The notes under the pieces: generated by a model | Seen by the model: only the letters and a program-made list of their open reading frames with translations | Databases searched by the model: none | What the model was told of the DNA's origin: nothing | DNA from: Acidobacteriota bacterium | GTDB taxonomy: Bacteria; Acidobacteriota; UBA6911; RPQK01; JAJDTT01 | Direction of reading: 5' to 3' | Assembly: GCA_965209055.1 (NCBI GenBank) | Contig: OZ242374.1 | Span: 192,001-256,000, forward strand | Length of the DNA stretch: 64,000 nt | In this document: piece by piece, positions 1 through 9,875 of the stretch | Position numbering within the stretch: position 1 is the first letter of the stretch | Layout of the letters: each line of letters starts with the position of its first letter | Position numbers and translations under genes: made by a program

Positions 1-915
1 CGGCACCGGGGCGTCCGGGTAGAGCTGCCGCCAGGGGAGAAAACGTCTCGGCAAAGCCAGAAAGAGGTGCGGGGCGCGGAAATAGGCGACGGTGCCGTTG
101 GTGTAGAGGTGTTCCGGAGGAGTGTCTCCGAAGTCGCCCCACTGCCCGGCCGTCCAATCCAGAAAATTCGCTGAGGTGGCGTGCTTGATGGTTCGCACGC
201 CGTGGCGGAAGTCGCGGTAGAAGGCGACGTAGCGGTTTCGCACCGAGTCCCAGAGGGTGACGTTCAGGGAATCGAATTTCCCGTCGGTGAGAAGCGGCTC
301 CTCCCGCAGCCGCTTCCAGCGGATGCCGTCCGGGGAGACGTAACCCAGCAGCACCGGTTGTCCGTCCATCCGGCCGCTGCCCACCGCCTTGTAGCGCTGC
401 CCGGGAGGGGCGTCGGGATTGGTGTCCTTGAAGGGGGAGAAGTTGTGCCCGCCGGAGCCGGTCCAGACGATGTTGTTGTCCGTGGAGCCGTTGAACTCGA
501 ACCGGCCGAGCGACGGCCGGGTCCAGATGATCCCGTCACGACTCTCGGCGTAGCAGGCCACCTGGGGGTGATCCGGCACGGACGTTTCACCCGGCCTCAA
601 AAGGGAGGGGACCGCGTATCCCCCGGAGCTGGCGCCCCGGTAGTACATGCGGTAACGGCCGCCGTCCCGGAACACGGTGACGTAGCCGCTGTTTCCCCCT
701 TCCCATTCCCGGTCGAAGGAGAGCACCCGCTCCGCCGGACGGGGAGAGTGAAGCTTCAGCCGCACTCCCTTCAGCGACTCGATGAGGTGGCCGTCCACGA
801 ACAATTCGAGCCGGGAGCCGATGGACAGGGAGTCGGGCTGTGTCTTCGGAGAGGGCTCGGCAACCGCGGCGAGGGACACGGAAACAAAACAGGCGGCCAT
901 CGGTGCCGCCCTCAT
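1..915 (-). CDS. Secreted glycoside-hydrolase-like beta-propeller protein (GH32/GH43-like superfamily), partial; runs off the window edge
   Basis: Manual translation from ATG at 915: MRAAPMAACFVSVSLAAVAEP...IGSRLELFVDGHLIESLKGVRLKLHSP; same N-terminal motif as 1040-2653 and 13070-14509; absent from the ORF track because it has no stop inside the window. Confidence 0.75.
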   Translation of the reverse strand, partial: MRAAPMAACFVSVSLAAVAEPSPKTQPDSLSIGSRLELFVDGHLIESLKGVRLKLHSPRPAERVLSFDREWEGGNSGYVTVFRDGGRYRMYYRGASSGGYAVPSLLRPGETSVPDHPQVACYAESRDGIIWTRPSLGRFEFNGSTDNNIVWTGSGGHNFSPFKDTNPDAPPGQRYKAVGSGRMDGQPVLLGYVSPDGIRWKRLREEPLLTDGKFDSLNVTLWDSVRNRYVAFYRDFRHGVRTIKHATSANFLDWTAGQWGDFGDTPPEHLYTNGTVAYFRAPHLFLALPRRFLPWRQLYPDAPVP

Positions 916-1039
916 CGTTCCTCTTCCGTTCCGCCGAGGGACTTCCATGGGTCGGAATCCATATTGAGCTATTCTTGTACCAACTCTGACATTTCCTCGC
1001 TACGTCCGAGCAGCAAACGGAGGCGCCATGGATCACAGG

Positions 1040-2653
1040 ATGAAATCTCGTCGACGGTTTGGAGCATCCCGGGCCGCGGGCGCCGCTGGTCCGGCCCTGA
1101 TCATGGCGCTCTTGTCCATGCCGCCGCTATCCGCCACGGTCCTGGAAATCGGCACCGGAAAGCAACTCTTCATCGACGACTACGTCATCGAGTCGCTGGA
1201 CGGCACCGTCTTCAAGCTCTTGAACCAACCTCTCAAATATGCCGGGAATCCGGTGATCGAGATGGACCAGTGCTGGGAGGCGGACATGCATTTCGCCAAC
1301 TCTCCCAATCTGGTCTACGACGAGGCGGACCGCCGCTTCAAGATGTGGAATCAGGCGGTTAACTACTCCTGGTCCACCAGCCTGCTGGGCTACTACGTCT
1401 CGGAAGACGGCCTGAGCTGGGAGAAGCCGCCGGTCGGACAGTTCGAGTACAAGTCGGACTACTGCCGGAGAGAGGCGTCCGGTTCCCACAACTTCGTGTT
1501 CGGCAACGCCCATCGGCTGGGTGCTCCCGGAGTCTTCAAGGATCTTCACGAAACCGATCCCGCGAAACGCTACAAGATGCTCTACAACCGGAGGCGTCCC
1601 GAGAGCGGCGTCTGGGCCGCGTACTCGGCCGACGGAATCCAATGGAAGGACTACCCGTACCCGGAAGTGAATCCGGTCTACCTCAACAACGACACCCACC
1701 AGGCGGTGTTCTGGGACGAACGACGGGAGAGCTATGTGGCCCACATCCGGCTCAAGCCGCCCCTTTTCGCCGACGACCCCAGGTTTCACTTCAGGAACCG
1801 GAAAGGGAACGTCAGGACTCCCGGAATCGCCACCAGTCCCGACTTCATCCACTGGGACGCCCCCAAGGACATGCGGGATCCGGTGGAGGTGAACCGGAAG
1901 TACATCCTGGTGCCGCCCGACGCGGAGGACGGCCCCTGCACCGCCGGGTTCTACACCTTCGAGATCCTTCAGTACGAGGGGGTCTATGTGGGCTTCCTCA
2001 CCCCGTATCACGTCTGTCCCGGGATGGAGCCCGAGATTCCTCCGGTGCGGGGGAACGCCCGAAACCCCTGGATGGATCGGATCGACATCCAGTTGGCCTT
2101 CAGCCGGGACGGAAGGGTCTGGCAACGCGTGGGGAATCGGCGCACCTTCATCCCCAACGGTCCCGAGGGGAGCTACGACGCCGGCATGATCTTCGTGGCC
2201 CAGCAGCCGGTCGTGCGGGAGGAGCTGGAAGAAATCTGGATTTACTACGTGGGGTTCGAACGGGGCCACTGGGCCGTCCGGCGGGGCGGGAATCAGGAGA
2301 GCTCGGTGTCGCTGGCCACGCTGCGGCTGGACGGGTTTGTCTCGCTGACCGCGGGACAGGGATCGGTGACCACCAAGCCGCTGGTCTTCGCGGGAGAACG
2401 GTTGGAGATCAATGCCGACACGGCCGGACCTCAGGGCGAAGTCTCCGCCGAAATCCTGGACCCCGAGACGGGGCGGCCGATACCGGGCTACGCGAGAAAA
2501 GACTGCGACGCCTTCCAGGGAGATTCGGTCCGCCATGCCGTGACCTGGAAAGGCAAGGGGCGGGTGGGGCGGCTGGCCGGGCAACCGGTCCAACTGCGCT
2601 TCCATCTGAAGCAGGCCAAGCTCTTCTCCTTCCGCTTTCGTTACGGGGGATGA
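1040..2653 (+). CDS. Secreted glycoside-hydrolase-like beta-propeller protein
   Basis: Signal peptide; IGTGKQLFIDDYVIE, SEDGLSWEKP, SADGIQW, SRDGRVW repeats; C-terminal LRLDGFVSL...LFSFRF typical of this family; ORF track starts at 1028. Confidence 0.8.
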   Translation: MKSRRRFGASRAAGAAGPALIMALLSMPPLSATVLEIGTGKQLFIDDYVIESLDGTVFKLLNQPLKYAGNPVIEMDQCWEADMHFANSPNLVYDEADRRFKMWNQAVNYSWSTSLLGYYVSEDGLSWEKPPVGQFEYKSDYCRREASGSHNFVFGNAHRLGAPGVFKDLHETDPAKRYKMLYNRRRPESGVWAAYSADGIQWKDYPYPEVNPVYLNNDTHQAVFWDERRESYVAHIRLKPPLFADDPRFHFRNRKGNVRTPGIATSPDFIHWDAPKDMRDPVEVNRKYILVPPDAEDGPCTAGFYTFEILQYEGVYVGFLTPYHVCPGMEPEIPPVRGNARNPWMDRIDIQLAFSRDGRVWQRVGNRRTFIPNGPEGSYDAGMIFVAQQPVVREELEEIWIYYVGFERGHWAVRRGGNQESSVSLATLRLDGFVSLTAGQGSVTTKPLVFAGERLEINADTAGPQGEVSAEILDPETGRPIPGYARKDCDAFQGDSVRHAVTWKGKGRVGRLAGQPVQLRFHLKQAKLFSFRFRYGG

Positions 2654-2699
2654 GGAAACCGAACGAAGAGAAGTGGCTGGTTTGAGGTGGGTTGACCCT

Positions 2700-2735
2700 T
2701 TACGGGGCTGAAGTGCCGACGAAGATCGACGTCAT
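2700..2735 (-). pseudogene. 11-codon stump of a PIN/VapC toxin
   Basis: ATGA overlap with the antitoxin stop; reads MTSIFVGTSAP-stop, resembling the PIN N-terminal IFVDTSA motif. Confidence 0.5.
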
Positions 2736-2977
2736 TCGTCGTAGATTTCCGCCAGGTAGTCGTCGTGACGACGGCCCAGATCCTTCACGCCGCTGGATGC
2801 AATACCGGCAATGCTCAACAGCCCCTCCACGCCGGACTGTTTTTCCTTTAATCCTTCTCGGAGACTCTGTCGGACGAGGCGGCGAACCGCTTCGGAAATT
2901 GAAATCCTCTTCCGATGAGCCAGAGATCGGATCTGCTGATATTGCCTTTCTTCGAACTGAATCTGAGTTCGTACCAT
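2732..2977 (-). CDS. CopG/ribbon-helix-helix antitoxin (VapB-like)
   Basis: MVRTQIQFEERQYQQIRSLAHRKRISISEAVRRLV...DLGRRHDDYL, 81 aa. Confidence 0.8.
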   Translation of the reverse strand: MVRTQIQFEERQYQQIRSLAHRKRISISEAVRRLVRQSLREGLKEKQSGVEGLLSIAGIASSGVKDLGRRHDDYLAEIYDE

Positions 2978-3152
2978 GTCGTCATGCTGGGTTCGTGTCA
3001 TATCCCGGCCCGGCCGGACCGCCGCGGACACCCCTCGCGCCCCACCCGAACATTGCCGCCCACGCCACCAGTTTCTCGGGGGATCATGCCGGAGGGCCGC
3101 CGGTGCGGGTCGCTAATGAGGGGGATTCCAACAATGGCGCCCAAGGGCGGGG

Positions 3153-3770
3153 CTACGACTTGCTCAACTCGTCTCGAAGCACAATCGCCAAGACCTGCAA
3201 GATGCCGTCCATTTGCACTCCCATTTCAAAAGCGCATTTTTCCAGCACAGCCAAATAGGATTCGGAGGGAGTGTACTCAAACAGGCAATATCGAATGCAG
3301 TATTCTTGAATCCGGTAGTCAGACTTCCCGGCGACTTCCGCTCGGTGCTTTTCCACTTCACCCTTGGCCCATGAAGACGCATCAATCGAGCGTGCCGCCT
3401 CTTTGCCATGAGAGGTCAAGGTCATTGGGCTGTTCGTTCCAAACAGAGCCTCCCTTGGTCCTCCCAACAGAAACAAGATGAGGTTTCCGATTTTGTCTTC
3501 GATTTTGGCAAGGCGTCTGTCAACGCGCCCCCTCCACTCTGGAAAATCCTCGGTTGCCGTCAATAGGTCGTTGATTTTTTGTCTCCGTGCCCCTGCCTTC
3601 ATCAGTCCATTGATTGCGGCCGCAATAGCACAAAGAATCGCAGTGATCCCTGCCCCGACACCGATCACGTGGGTCAAATTCCAATTCGTCTCGTCAACCG
3701 TGATGGATTCAAGTGTCATTGCCCAAAAGTTTGCGGGCAAGCTGGGGGATAGTGCGAGGGCTTCGGGCAT
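3153..3770 (-). CDS. Hypothetical protein with a single N-terminal transmembrane helix
   Basis: 205-aa ORF in a visibly lower-GC patch; hydrophobic VIGVGAGITAILCAIAAAI; start uncertain. Confidence 0.6.
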   Translation of the reverse strand: MPEALALSPSLPANFWAMTLESITVDETNWNLTHVIGVGAGITAILCAIAAAINGLMKAGARRQKINDLLTATEDFPEWRGRVDRRLAKIEDKIGNLILFLLGGPREALFGTNSPMTLTSHGKEAARSIDASSWAKGEVEKHRAEVAGKSDYRIQEYCIRYCLFEYTPSESYLAVLEKCAFEMGVQMDGILQVLAIVLRDELSKS

Positions 3771-4204
3771 TTGAGACTCCGATTCTCAGTTGTGGTTCAA
3801 CGAGGTCCCAGTCGTAATTATACCTTCGCTACCGAAAAGTTAACACAGGACTCGATGGCAGCGACGGATGGTACCACCATGGGAGCATGGACCACGTGCC
3901 AGATCGAATCGGACAGCCCGGCTTCCATTTTCTATCCCGGCCCATGGCGATGAAGATCCACTGGCTGCCGGCCGTCTCCGGGTCCGCCGATGTCCGACGC
4001 TGATCCTTGCTGGCGACATAGGACCAGGGTTCGTCTATCTCAACGACTGAGGCACTGGAACCACGAGACTCCGGTGCGCACGGAGTCAGGCCAGGACGTT
4101 AGTTGGGTTCCCAGGAGCACGAACGCCGATGCCGCGGTATGGCTGGAATACGGACGTCCCGGTTCGCTTATACGATCCGGAATCGGGGGTTAAAAACCTC
4201 ACTC

Positions 4205-5701
4205 CTACCCTTTTCGCCGGTCCCAGACGGTCAGTCCCGTGACGTCGCGCTCCCGGTTCGACCTTGATCTCAACAGCAGGCTGAAGAGCCAGGACCCGCA
4301 GAGGCAACTCAACAGCGCGACGGGCGTGTAGAAGATCCAGTGCATCTCGACGAAGTTCTGCACGTAGATGCTGAGCGGAAGCGAGATCCCCAGGGTGGCG
4401 GCCAGCCAGGCCGGGAAATGTCCCCTCCGGGTCAGGACTCCCAGCAGAAAGAGGCCCGTGACCGGCGCGGCCGTGAGGCCGCCCACCTTGCTCATGGTTT
4501 CCAGAATGCCGGCGCCTTCCGACACCAACAGGGCGGCGGCGGTGGCCAGCAGGCCCAGCCCCGCCGTCAAGGCCCGGGCCAGCATCAGGCTCTGCCGCTG
4601 GGTCAGGGGACGGTTCCTGAGAGGTGTCACGAAATCGACCTGGATCATGGTGGCTGAGGAGTGGATCCCCGAATCCACCGTGGACATGGCCGCGGCGAAG
4701 ACGGCGGCGATGAGCAGGCCCGAGAAGCCGGCCGGAAGGGCATGGATGATGTAGTAGGGCAGGATCCGGTCGCCGGCGACTCCCGGAGCGAGATGCTCGG
4801 GAAACACCTGGAAATAAGCGAAGATCCCGAGTCCGATCATGTAGAGCAGCGCGGCCAACAGGATTTCCAGCACCCGGTCCAGCAACAGCGCCCGCGTCAT
4901 CTCGCCGAGGCTCCTGGCCGCGAGCAGACGCTGCATGACCACCTGGTTGTTCCCGTAACCGAAGCCGGTGATGAAGTAACAGAGTAAGACCGCCAGTCCG
5001 GTGGCCTCGGCCCAGTCGAACCGGAGATCGGTCACCCCCAACTTGTCCGCGGTCAGGACGATCTCGAAGAATTGATCCAGGCCTCCCGGGAGCCGGTCGA
5101 CCAGCGAGAACGCGACCACCACCGCGCCCGTGGTCAGGATCACGAACTGGATCACGTCGGTCCAGATGACGGCCGCCAGTCCCCCCGTGCAGGTGTACGC
5201 CGTGGCCACCAGCCCCATGACCAGGATGGCGCGGGTCAGATCGATCCCGGTGACGGTGGAAAGAGCCAGGGCGGGGGCGTAAAGGGCGATTCCCATCCAG
5301 CCCTGGATCTGAAGCACGGCCAGAGCCGAGGCGGCGTAGCGGGCACGGTTCCCGAAGCGTGCGTTGACGTACTCGTAGATGGTGGTGACCTTGAGCCTAC
5401 GGTAGATGGGAAAATAGAGAGCGATCATCAGCGGCGTGGCCAGCAGCGCCGCCGGTCCCGCCAGCATGAGGGAGGCGTTGTCCTTGTAGGCGGCCGCCGG
5501 AGCTCCCAGGTAGGTGAGGCCGCTCAGCATGCTGGCGACGGTGCTCAATGCGACGGCCAGCCACGGCATGCTGCGTCCGGCCAGAAAATAGGACTCGGTG
5601 TTCCGCTGGCGTCCGGCCAGCGCCAGCGCCAGCACGGTGACTCCCAGCAGATAGGCCACGAGAACCAGGGCGTTGAGGGTGCCGAAGCTGGCTTGGTCCA
5701 C
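4205..5701 (-). CDS. Sodium:solute symporter family transporter
   Basis: YFLAGRSMPW, GGLAAVIWTDVIQ, AAAMSTVDS motifs; about 13 TM segments. Confidence 0.92.
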   Translation of the reverse strand: MDQASFGTLNALVLVAYLLGVTVLALALAGRQRNTESYFLAGRSMPWLAVALSTVASMLSGLTYLGAPAAAYKDNASLMLAGPAALLATPLMIALYFPIYRRLKVTTIYEYVNARFGNRARYAASALAVLQIQGWMGIALYAPALALSTVTGIDLTRAILVMGLVATAYTCTGGLAAVIWTDVIQFVILTTGAVVVAFSLVDRLPGGLDQFFEIVLTADKLGVTDLRFDWAEATGLAVLLCYFITGFGYGNNQVVMQRLLAARSLGEMTRALLLDRVLEILLAALLYMIGLGIFAYFQVFPEHLAPGVAGDRILPYYIIHALPAGFSGLLIAAVFAAAMSTVDSGIHSSATMIQVDFVTPLRNRPLTQRQSLMLARALTAGLGLLATAAALLVSEGAGILETMSKVGGLTAAPVTGLFLLGVLTRRGHFPAWLAATLGISLPLSIYVQNFVEMHWIFYTPVALLSCLCGSWLFSLLLRSRSNRERDVTGLTVWDRRKG

Positions 5702-5746
5702 GGTGTGGAAAACTTCTGGGAAAACTGTGGAAAGGTTGTAGCCGAC

Positions 5747-6793
5747 TTAGAGCGGACGGCCCCAGGAGTCCATCTTCGGCTCCGGCGGCATCGAAATCCT
5801 CCTGCCTTCGTAGATCGACTGGGCCACCGCCTCGCAGAATTCCATGTAGCGGATCCCTTCTGCGAAATCGGGAGCCACCGGCGTGCCGCGCCGGATGGCC
5901 TCGATGAACTCGGCGTCCATGGTTCGGTCCCGCCGTTCTTCCCGCGGCATTTCGATGGGGTGCATCCCAGTATCGCCGCGGGTCATGCCGAACAGTTCTT
6001 CGTCTTCCACCAGCCCTCCCGGTTTTTCAACCAGCAGCTTGTAATCCAGCGCTCCCCGCGTGCCGTAGATCTCCACCGAGCTGCCCGGACCCCGGGGGAC
6101 CCGGAACGAAAGGTGAAAGCTGGCGGTGGCTCCTCCCTGCAACTCGGCCCCGATGGACAGGGACTGGGGCACGGACAACAGGTCTTCGCCGGTGGTGGCG
6201 ATCAGGGAGACGGGAGGGTCGATCCAGCGGTAGACGACCTCGGCCAGGATCCCCAGCATCATGGTGTTGACGCCCACCACCTCCGGGTCCAACAGCCAGG
6301 CGCCGGACTCGGGAAGGGCCGGAACCAGCGACGTGACCCGCACTTCCCGGAGGTCTCCCACGTAGCCCTGACTGAGCAGCCGGCGCATCACCCGGTCCCC
6401 CTTGAGGCCGAATCCGGCCGCATAGAGGGAGGTGACCAGGTCGGTCTTCCGGGAGGCTTCCAGCATCTGCCGGGCCTCGTTGAGGTTACGCGCCATCCTC
6501 GCCTGACAGAGGACGTGCTTGCCGGCATCCAGGGCGGCCACGGTGGCCGGCAGGTGGAGGTGAGGCGGGGTGGCGATCACCACGGCGTCGATGTCGCGGT
6601 TTTCGATGATCTGCACCCAGCGGTCGACCAGGTTGGGAATATTGAACTTCCGGGCCGCCGTTCGAGCCGTTTCCTTCCGGCGGGACCAGGCGTGGGTGAT
6701 CTCGACGCCGGGAACCCTCAGCAGCAGAGGGATGTGCCGGGCCTGGGCGATCTTTCCCGCTCCGATGATGCCGACCCTGATGATGTCCGTCAT
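5747..6793 (-). CDS. Gfo/Idh/MocA family oxidoreductase
   Basis: VGIIGAGKIA, DAVVIATPPHLH, GKHVLCQARMA. Confidence 0.9.
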   Translation of the reverse strand: MTDIIRVGIIGAGKIAQARHIPLLLRVPGVEITHAWSRRKETARTAARKFNIPNLVDRWVQIIENRDIDAVVIATPPHLHLPATVAALDAGKHVLCQARMARNLNEARQMLEASRKTDLVTSLYAAGFGLKGDRVMRRLLSQGYVGDLREVRVTSLVPALPESGAWLLDPEVVGVNTMMLGILAEVVYRWIDPPVSLIATTGEDLLSVPQSLSIGAELQGGATASFHLSFRVPRGPGSSVEIYGTRGALDYKLLVEKPGGLVEDEELFGMTRGDTGMHPIEMPREERRDRTMDAEFIEAIRRGTPVAPDFAEGIRYMEFCEAVAQSIYEGRRISMPPEPKMDSWGRPL

Positions 6794-6817
6794 GGCGATT
6801 CTTCTCCCGGCAAATGT

Positions 6818-7531
6818 TCAGATCCACTCGCCCCGCCGGCGGGCCCGGTGGATCAGGATGCGGAGTTTGTCGGCCTCGTTGAGGTAGGGCTCGAACTTTT
6901 CCAGGAACCGGGCCAACGTCTCCTCCGGTGTCCTGCGGGTCGTGTCGATGCTGAACTTGTTGCGCATGGACGACCGTTCGAACTCGGCCTCGAACTCTTC
7001 CAGCACCCGCTCGATGTCGGGTTCCTGCAGCACGCCGTTGGGATGGGGGTTCTCCTTCATGCGCCGGGCGATGGTCTCGGGCGAAGCCTTCACCAGCACC
7101 AGCGGCATGTCGGGCGCGAACTCCAGGATGCTCTCTTCGAAGTGGTCCAGAACGGCCCGGCGCATCCAGGCCTGCTCTCCGGTGTAGTACCCGAAGTACA
7201 GCGCCCCGTAGATGGCGTTTTCGATGTGGAGGCCGACGGAAACGTAGTCCGGATTGCGAAGCGCGCCCGGCGTGAGGTGGTAGGTGACGCTGTAGCGCTG
7301 GATCATCTCCTTGGTCTTGGGGGTCAGGGCCAGGAACTGCTCCTGCTCTTCCGGCGTGAACAGGTTTTCGTCGTCGAGTCCGGGATGCCCGCTGACGTGC
7401 GGGATCTTCCAATGGTCATGGAAGGCCCTGAGACCGTTGTCCTCGCCCATGACCTCATGGCTCCAGCGCTGGATTCCGTCGGCCAGCGTTGTGGTCCCCG
7501 CGTATTCGCAGCCAATCAGAATGACTCTCAT
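6818..7531 (-). CDS. P-loop nucleotide-kinase-like protein
   Basis: N-terminal ILIGCEYAGTTT (Walker A-like), LVLVKASPETIARRM, IDTT. Confidence 0.6.
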   Translation of the reverse strand: MRVILIGCEYAGTTTLADGIQRWSHEVMGEDNGLRAFHDHWKIPHVSGHPGLDDENLFTPEEQEQFLALTPKTKEMIQRYSVTYHLTPGALRNPDYVSVGLHIENAIYGALYFGYYTGEQAWMRRAVLDHFEESILEFAPDMPLVLVKASPETIARRMKENPHPNGVLQEPDIERVLEEFEAEFERSSMRNKFSIDTTRRTPEETLARFLEKFEPYLNEADKLRILIHRARRRGEWI

Positions 7532-7544
7532 CTCGTCTCCTTGG

Positions 7545-7672
7545 AGGGGGGACCGTCTTGTCCCCCTTCGTCCTTATTCCCGGTCCTGCTACGGCTCGTT
7601 TCTCCGCCGGAGTTCGGCGGTTAGGAAACCGCCGCTCCCGCTCCGGCCGGAAGGGCGATTTCCTAATCGCCC
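7545..7672. repeat. REP cluster (GGGGGACC..GTCCCCC, CGGCGGTTAGGAAACCGCCGCTCC, GGGCGATTTCCTAATCGCCC)
   Basis: Short hairpin palindromes repeated at other intergenic sites. Confidence 0.75.
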
Positions 7673-9759
7673 GGTCCCCCCCGTTCGCCGACCGATTCCA
7701 ACAAGGCGCCGGATGCGGTCCGGATCCTGTCGAAAACGACCCGGTCCTTCCCCGCCAGCCGGGCCAAGTCTCCCAGATCGTACCAGCGGAGTGCTCCGTG
7801 GACCGTATTCTCGAGTTGATCCACGGTGACGTCGGTTTCGACGACGCGCCGCCAACTGTCGATGGAGTCCCGGATGCCGATCCGGCCAAACAGTTCCGGC
7901 TCCACGGCCGCGGCATGCAGGGCGGCAACCCCCGCCCTTCCCACGGCGACCAGGTTCACTCGCTTCGCCTCCTCGGCCGCTTCGCGCAGGTAACGCGCGC
8001 AGGCGAGTATGTCCTCAGCCCGCATGCCGACCAGTGAACGTCCCAGCATGTAGGCGATGAAATACTCTGCCGAGTTTCTGCCGATGTATCTCGGGTCGTA
8101 CCGCCACGCCGTGGACTCGGTCTCCCCCAAGCCGGTCAGATCCACGGCCAGCACCGGATGCCCGCCGCGCGCCAGCGACTCTATGGGCCCTCCGGGACCC
8201 GCGTCGATCTGCTTGCCCCGCCCGTCCAGGTACAGCGTCCACTCGCTTCGCGAGCGTTCGGGAACGAACCGCAGCGCCGGCAGTGGAAACCCGCCGGCGG
8301 ACTGCAGGATCAACTTCTCGATGCGGTAACCGGTGCGCCGGACCGTACCGTACGTTTGGACTGCAGGTGGCGGGATCTCCGAGAGGGGACGGATGCCCGC
8401 GGTTTCCCTCACCTTGGTTCTTCGCTCCTGGTCGGTCATTGGCTGCCACGACCGCTCGCGATGCCGCCGGAGCCTCTCCTCCTCGGCACGGTAGAGTTGG
8501 AACACCGAGCGTGCGCCCTCCAGCAACAGAACCTGCCCCTGGGGCGTGCATTGAAGCTGCCGGTCGGAGAAGACGTCGAAGTCCGGCTCGTTCACCTCGT
8601 CGACCCGGTTCAGCAGCCACCGACGCATCCAGCGGCAGGCGCCGGTGCGCAGATGGAGGGAGAACCCGTGCTTCTCGTCCGCCTCAACCAGGCCGACCCG
8701 CTCCGCGACGCCCAACCGCGTGTAGAGCCGTTTGGCTTGCCGGTACGTCTCCCAGGCGCCCGCGATGGGCACGAAGTCCTTGGTGGCGGCAAGAATCAAC
8801 GCAGGCTTAGGCGCTCTCATCAGGATGTAGTCCGCGTGGTCCATGCCGTAGGCGGTCTGTGCGTAGATGTTCTGCTCGGCGTCGCCCGGACCGGGGTCGT
8901 CGTTCTTGCGGCGGGTGGTGGTGATGAAACAACTGGACGCCGCAGCGGCGATCCTCTGGTCGAGCGCCATCAGGTAGGCGGTCATGAGGCCGCCGCCCGA
9001 GTTTCCGGCGCAGCCGATGCGCGACTCGTCGACGTCGTCCCGTCCCGCCAGGTAATCGATGCTGCGGATCCCGTCCCAGATGCGATAGGTCGCCAGGTTC
9101 CGGCCCAGCAAAATGGGGGCGACGCCGGCCAGGTTGTGTTCTTCGGTGGGCCGAAACCGCCCCTTCGCGGTCTCCGACCGTGCCGCGCCGTCCTCGAGAA
9201 TCTGCTTCCGCTCCCCTTGGCCGACGGGGTCGTAGCAGAGCACCGCCAGACCGTTCCTGGCCATCAGTATGGCCGCCCGCTGGTAGAGTTCGGCCGCCTT
9301 TCCGTTCTCGCTGTGGCCGCAGGGGACCAGGACGCCGGGGTACGGCGGTTCGGCCTCCGGCAGGTACAGGACCGCCGTCACGTGGAAGCCGGGCCGGCTC
9401 TCGTAGATCAGCTTTTCGGCTCGAAACCCGTCGCCCGTCAGCCGGCCCACGACTCGGGGACGCAGGGGAGTGCGTTCCGGGAATCCCCCCAGGCTTTCGA
9501 TGAATTCGGCTCGCAGGCGCTCCTGGTAATCCCGGATCTGCTCCGGGGTCTTCAGTGCTTCGTACGCCTGCAGACGCCGGTCCAGCGCGGCGTGGACGAG
9601 TGGCCGGAGATGATCCTGAAGCAACCGGACTTCGCCGTCCGGCTGTGCCGATGCCGGCAGCACCCGGAGATCGGTCCCGAGCGCGATTTCGGGCGTCAGG
9701 GTCCAGACAAGAACGACAAGGAGTATGCGGGCTGTGCTGGGCGCTCGGCTGGATAACAC
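7663..9759 (-). CDS. Acetylxylan-esterase-like protein with two alpha/beta hydrolase domains
   Basis: Signal peptide; PGVLVPCGH, GCAGNSGGG nucleophile elbow; second degenerate hydrolase domain. Confidence 0.85.
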   Translation of the reverse strand: MLSSRAPSTARILLVVLVWTLTPEIALGTDLRVLPASAQPDGEVRLLQDHLRPLVHAALDRRLQAYEALKTPEQIRDYQERLRAEFIESLGGFPERTPLRPRVVGRLTGDGFRAEKLIYESRPGFHVTAVLYLPEAEPPYPGVLVPCGHSENGKAAELYQRAAILMARNGLAVLCYDPVGQGERKQILEDGAARSETAKGRFRPTEEHNLAGVAPILLGRNLATYRIWDGIRSIDYLAGRDDVDESRIGCAGNSGGGLMTAYLMALDQRIAAAASSCFITTTRRKNDDPGPGDAEQNIYAQTAYGMDHADYILMRAPKPALILAATKDFVPIAGAWETYRQAKRLYTRLGVAERVGLVEADEKHGFSLHLRTGACRWMRRWLLNRVDEVNEPDFDVFSDRQLQCTPQGQVLLLEGARSVFQLYRAEEERLRRHRERSWQPMTDQERRTKVRETAGIRPLSEIPPPAVQTYGTVRRTGYRIEKLILQSAGGFPLPALRFVPERSRSEWTLYLDGRGKQIDAGPGGPIESLARGGHPVLAVDLTGLGETESTAWRYDPRYIGRNSAEYFIAYMLGRSLVGMRAEDILACARYLREAAEEAKRVNLVAVGRAGVAALHAAAVEPELFGRIGIRDSIDSWRRVVETDVTVDQLENTVHGALRWYDLGDLARLAGKDRVVFDRIRTASGALLESVGERGGPGD

Positions 9760-9875
9760 GAACCCGAATCCTCACAGGAATTGTGTCTGCGGTCAAACGA
9801 CTTCAGAATGCGGTTCGCGGGGTTCCACAGTCTGTGGAGAAAGCCCCGCCTGGGACCGGGAGCGAAGGAACGGGA

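Noticed and set aside
3780-4200. Short ORFs in the intergenic gap
   Set aside because: No convincing RBS, motif or codon bias
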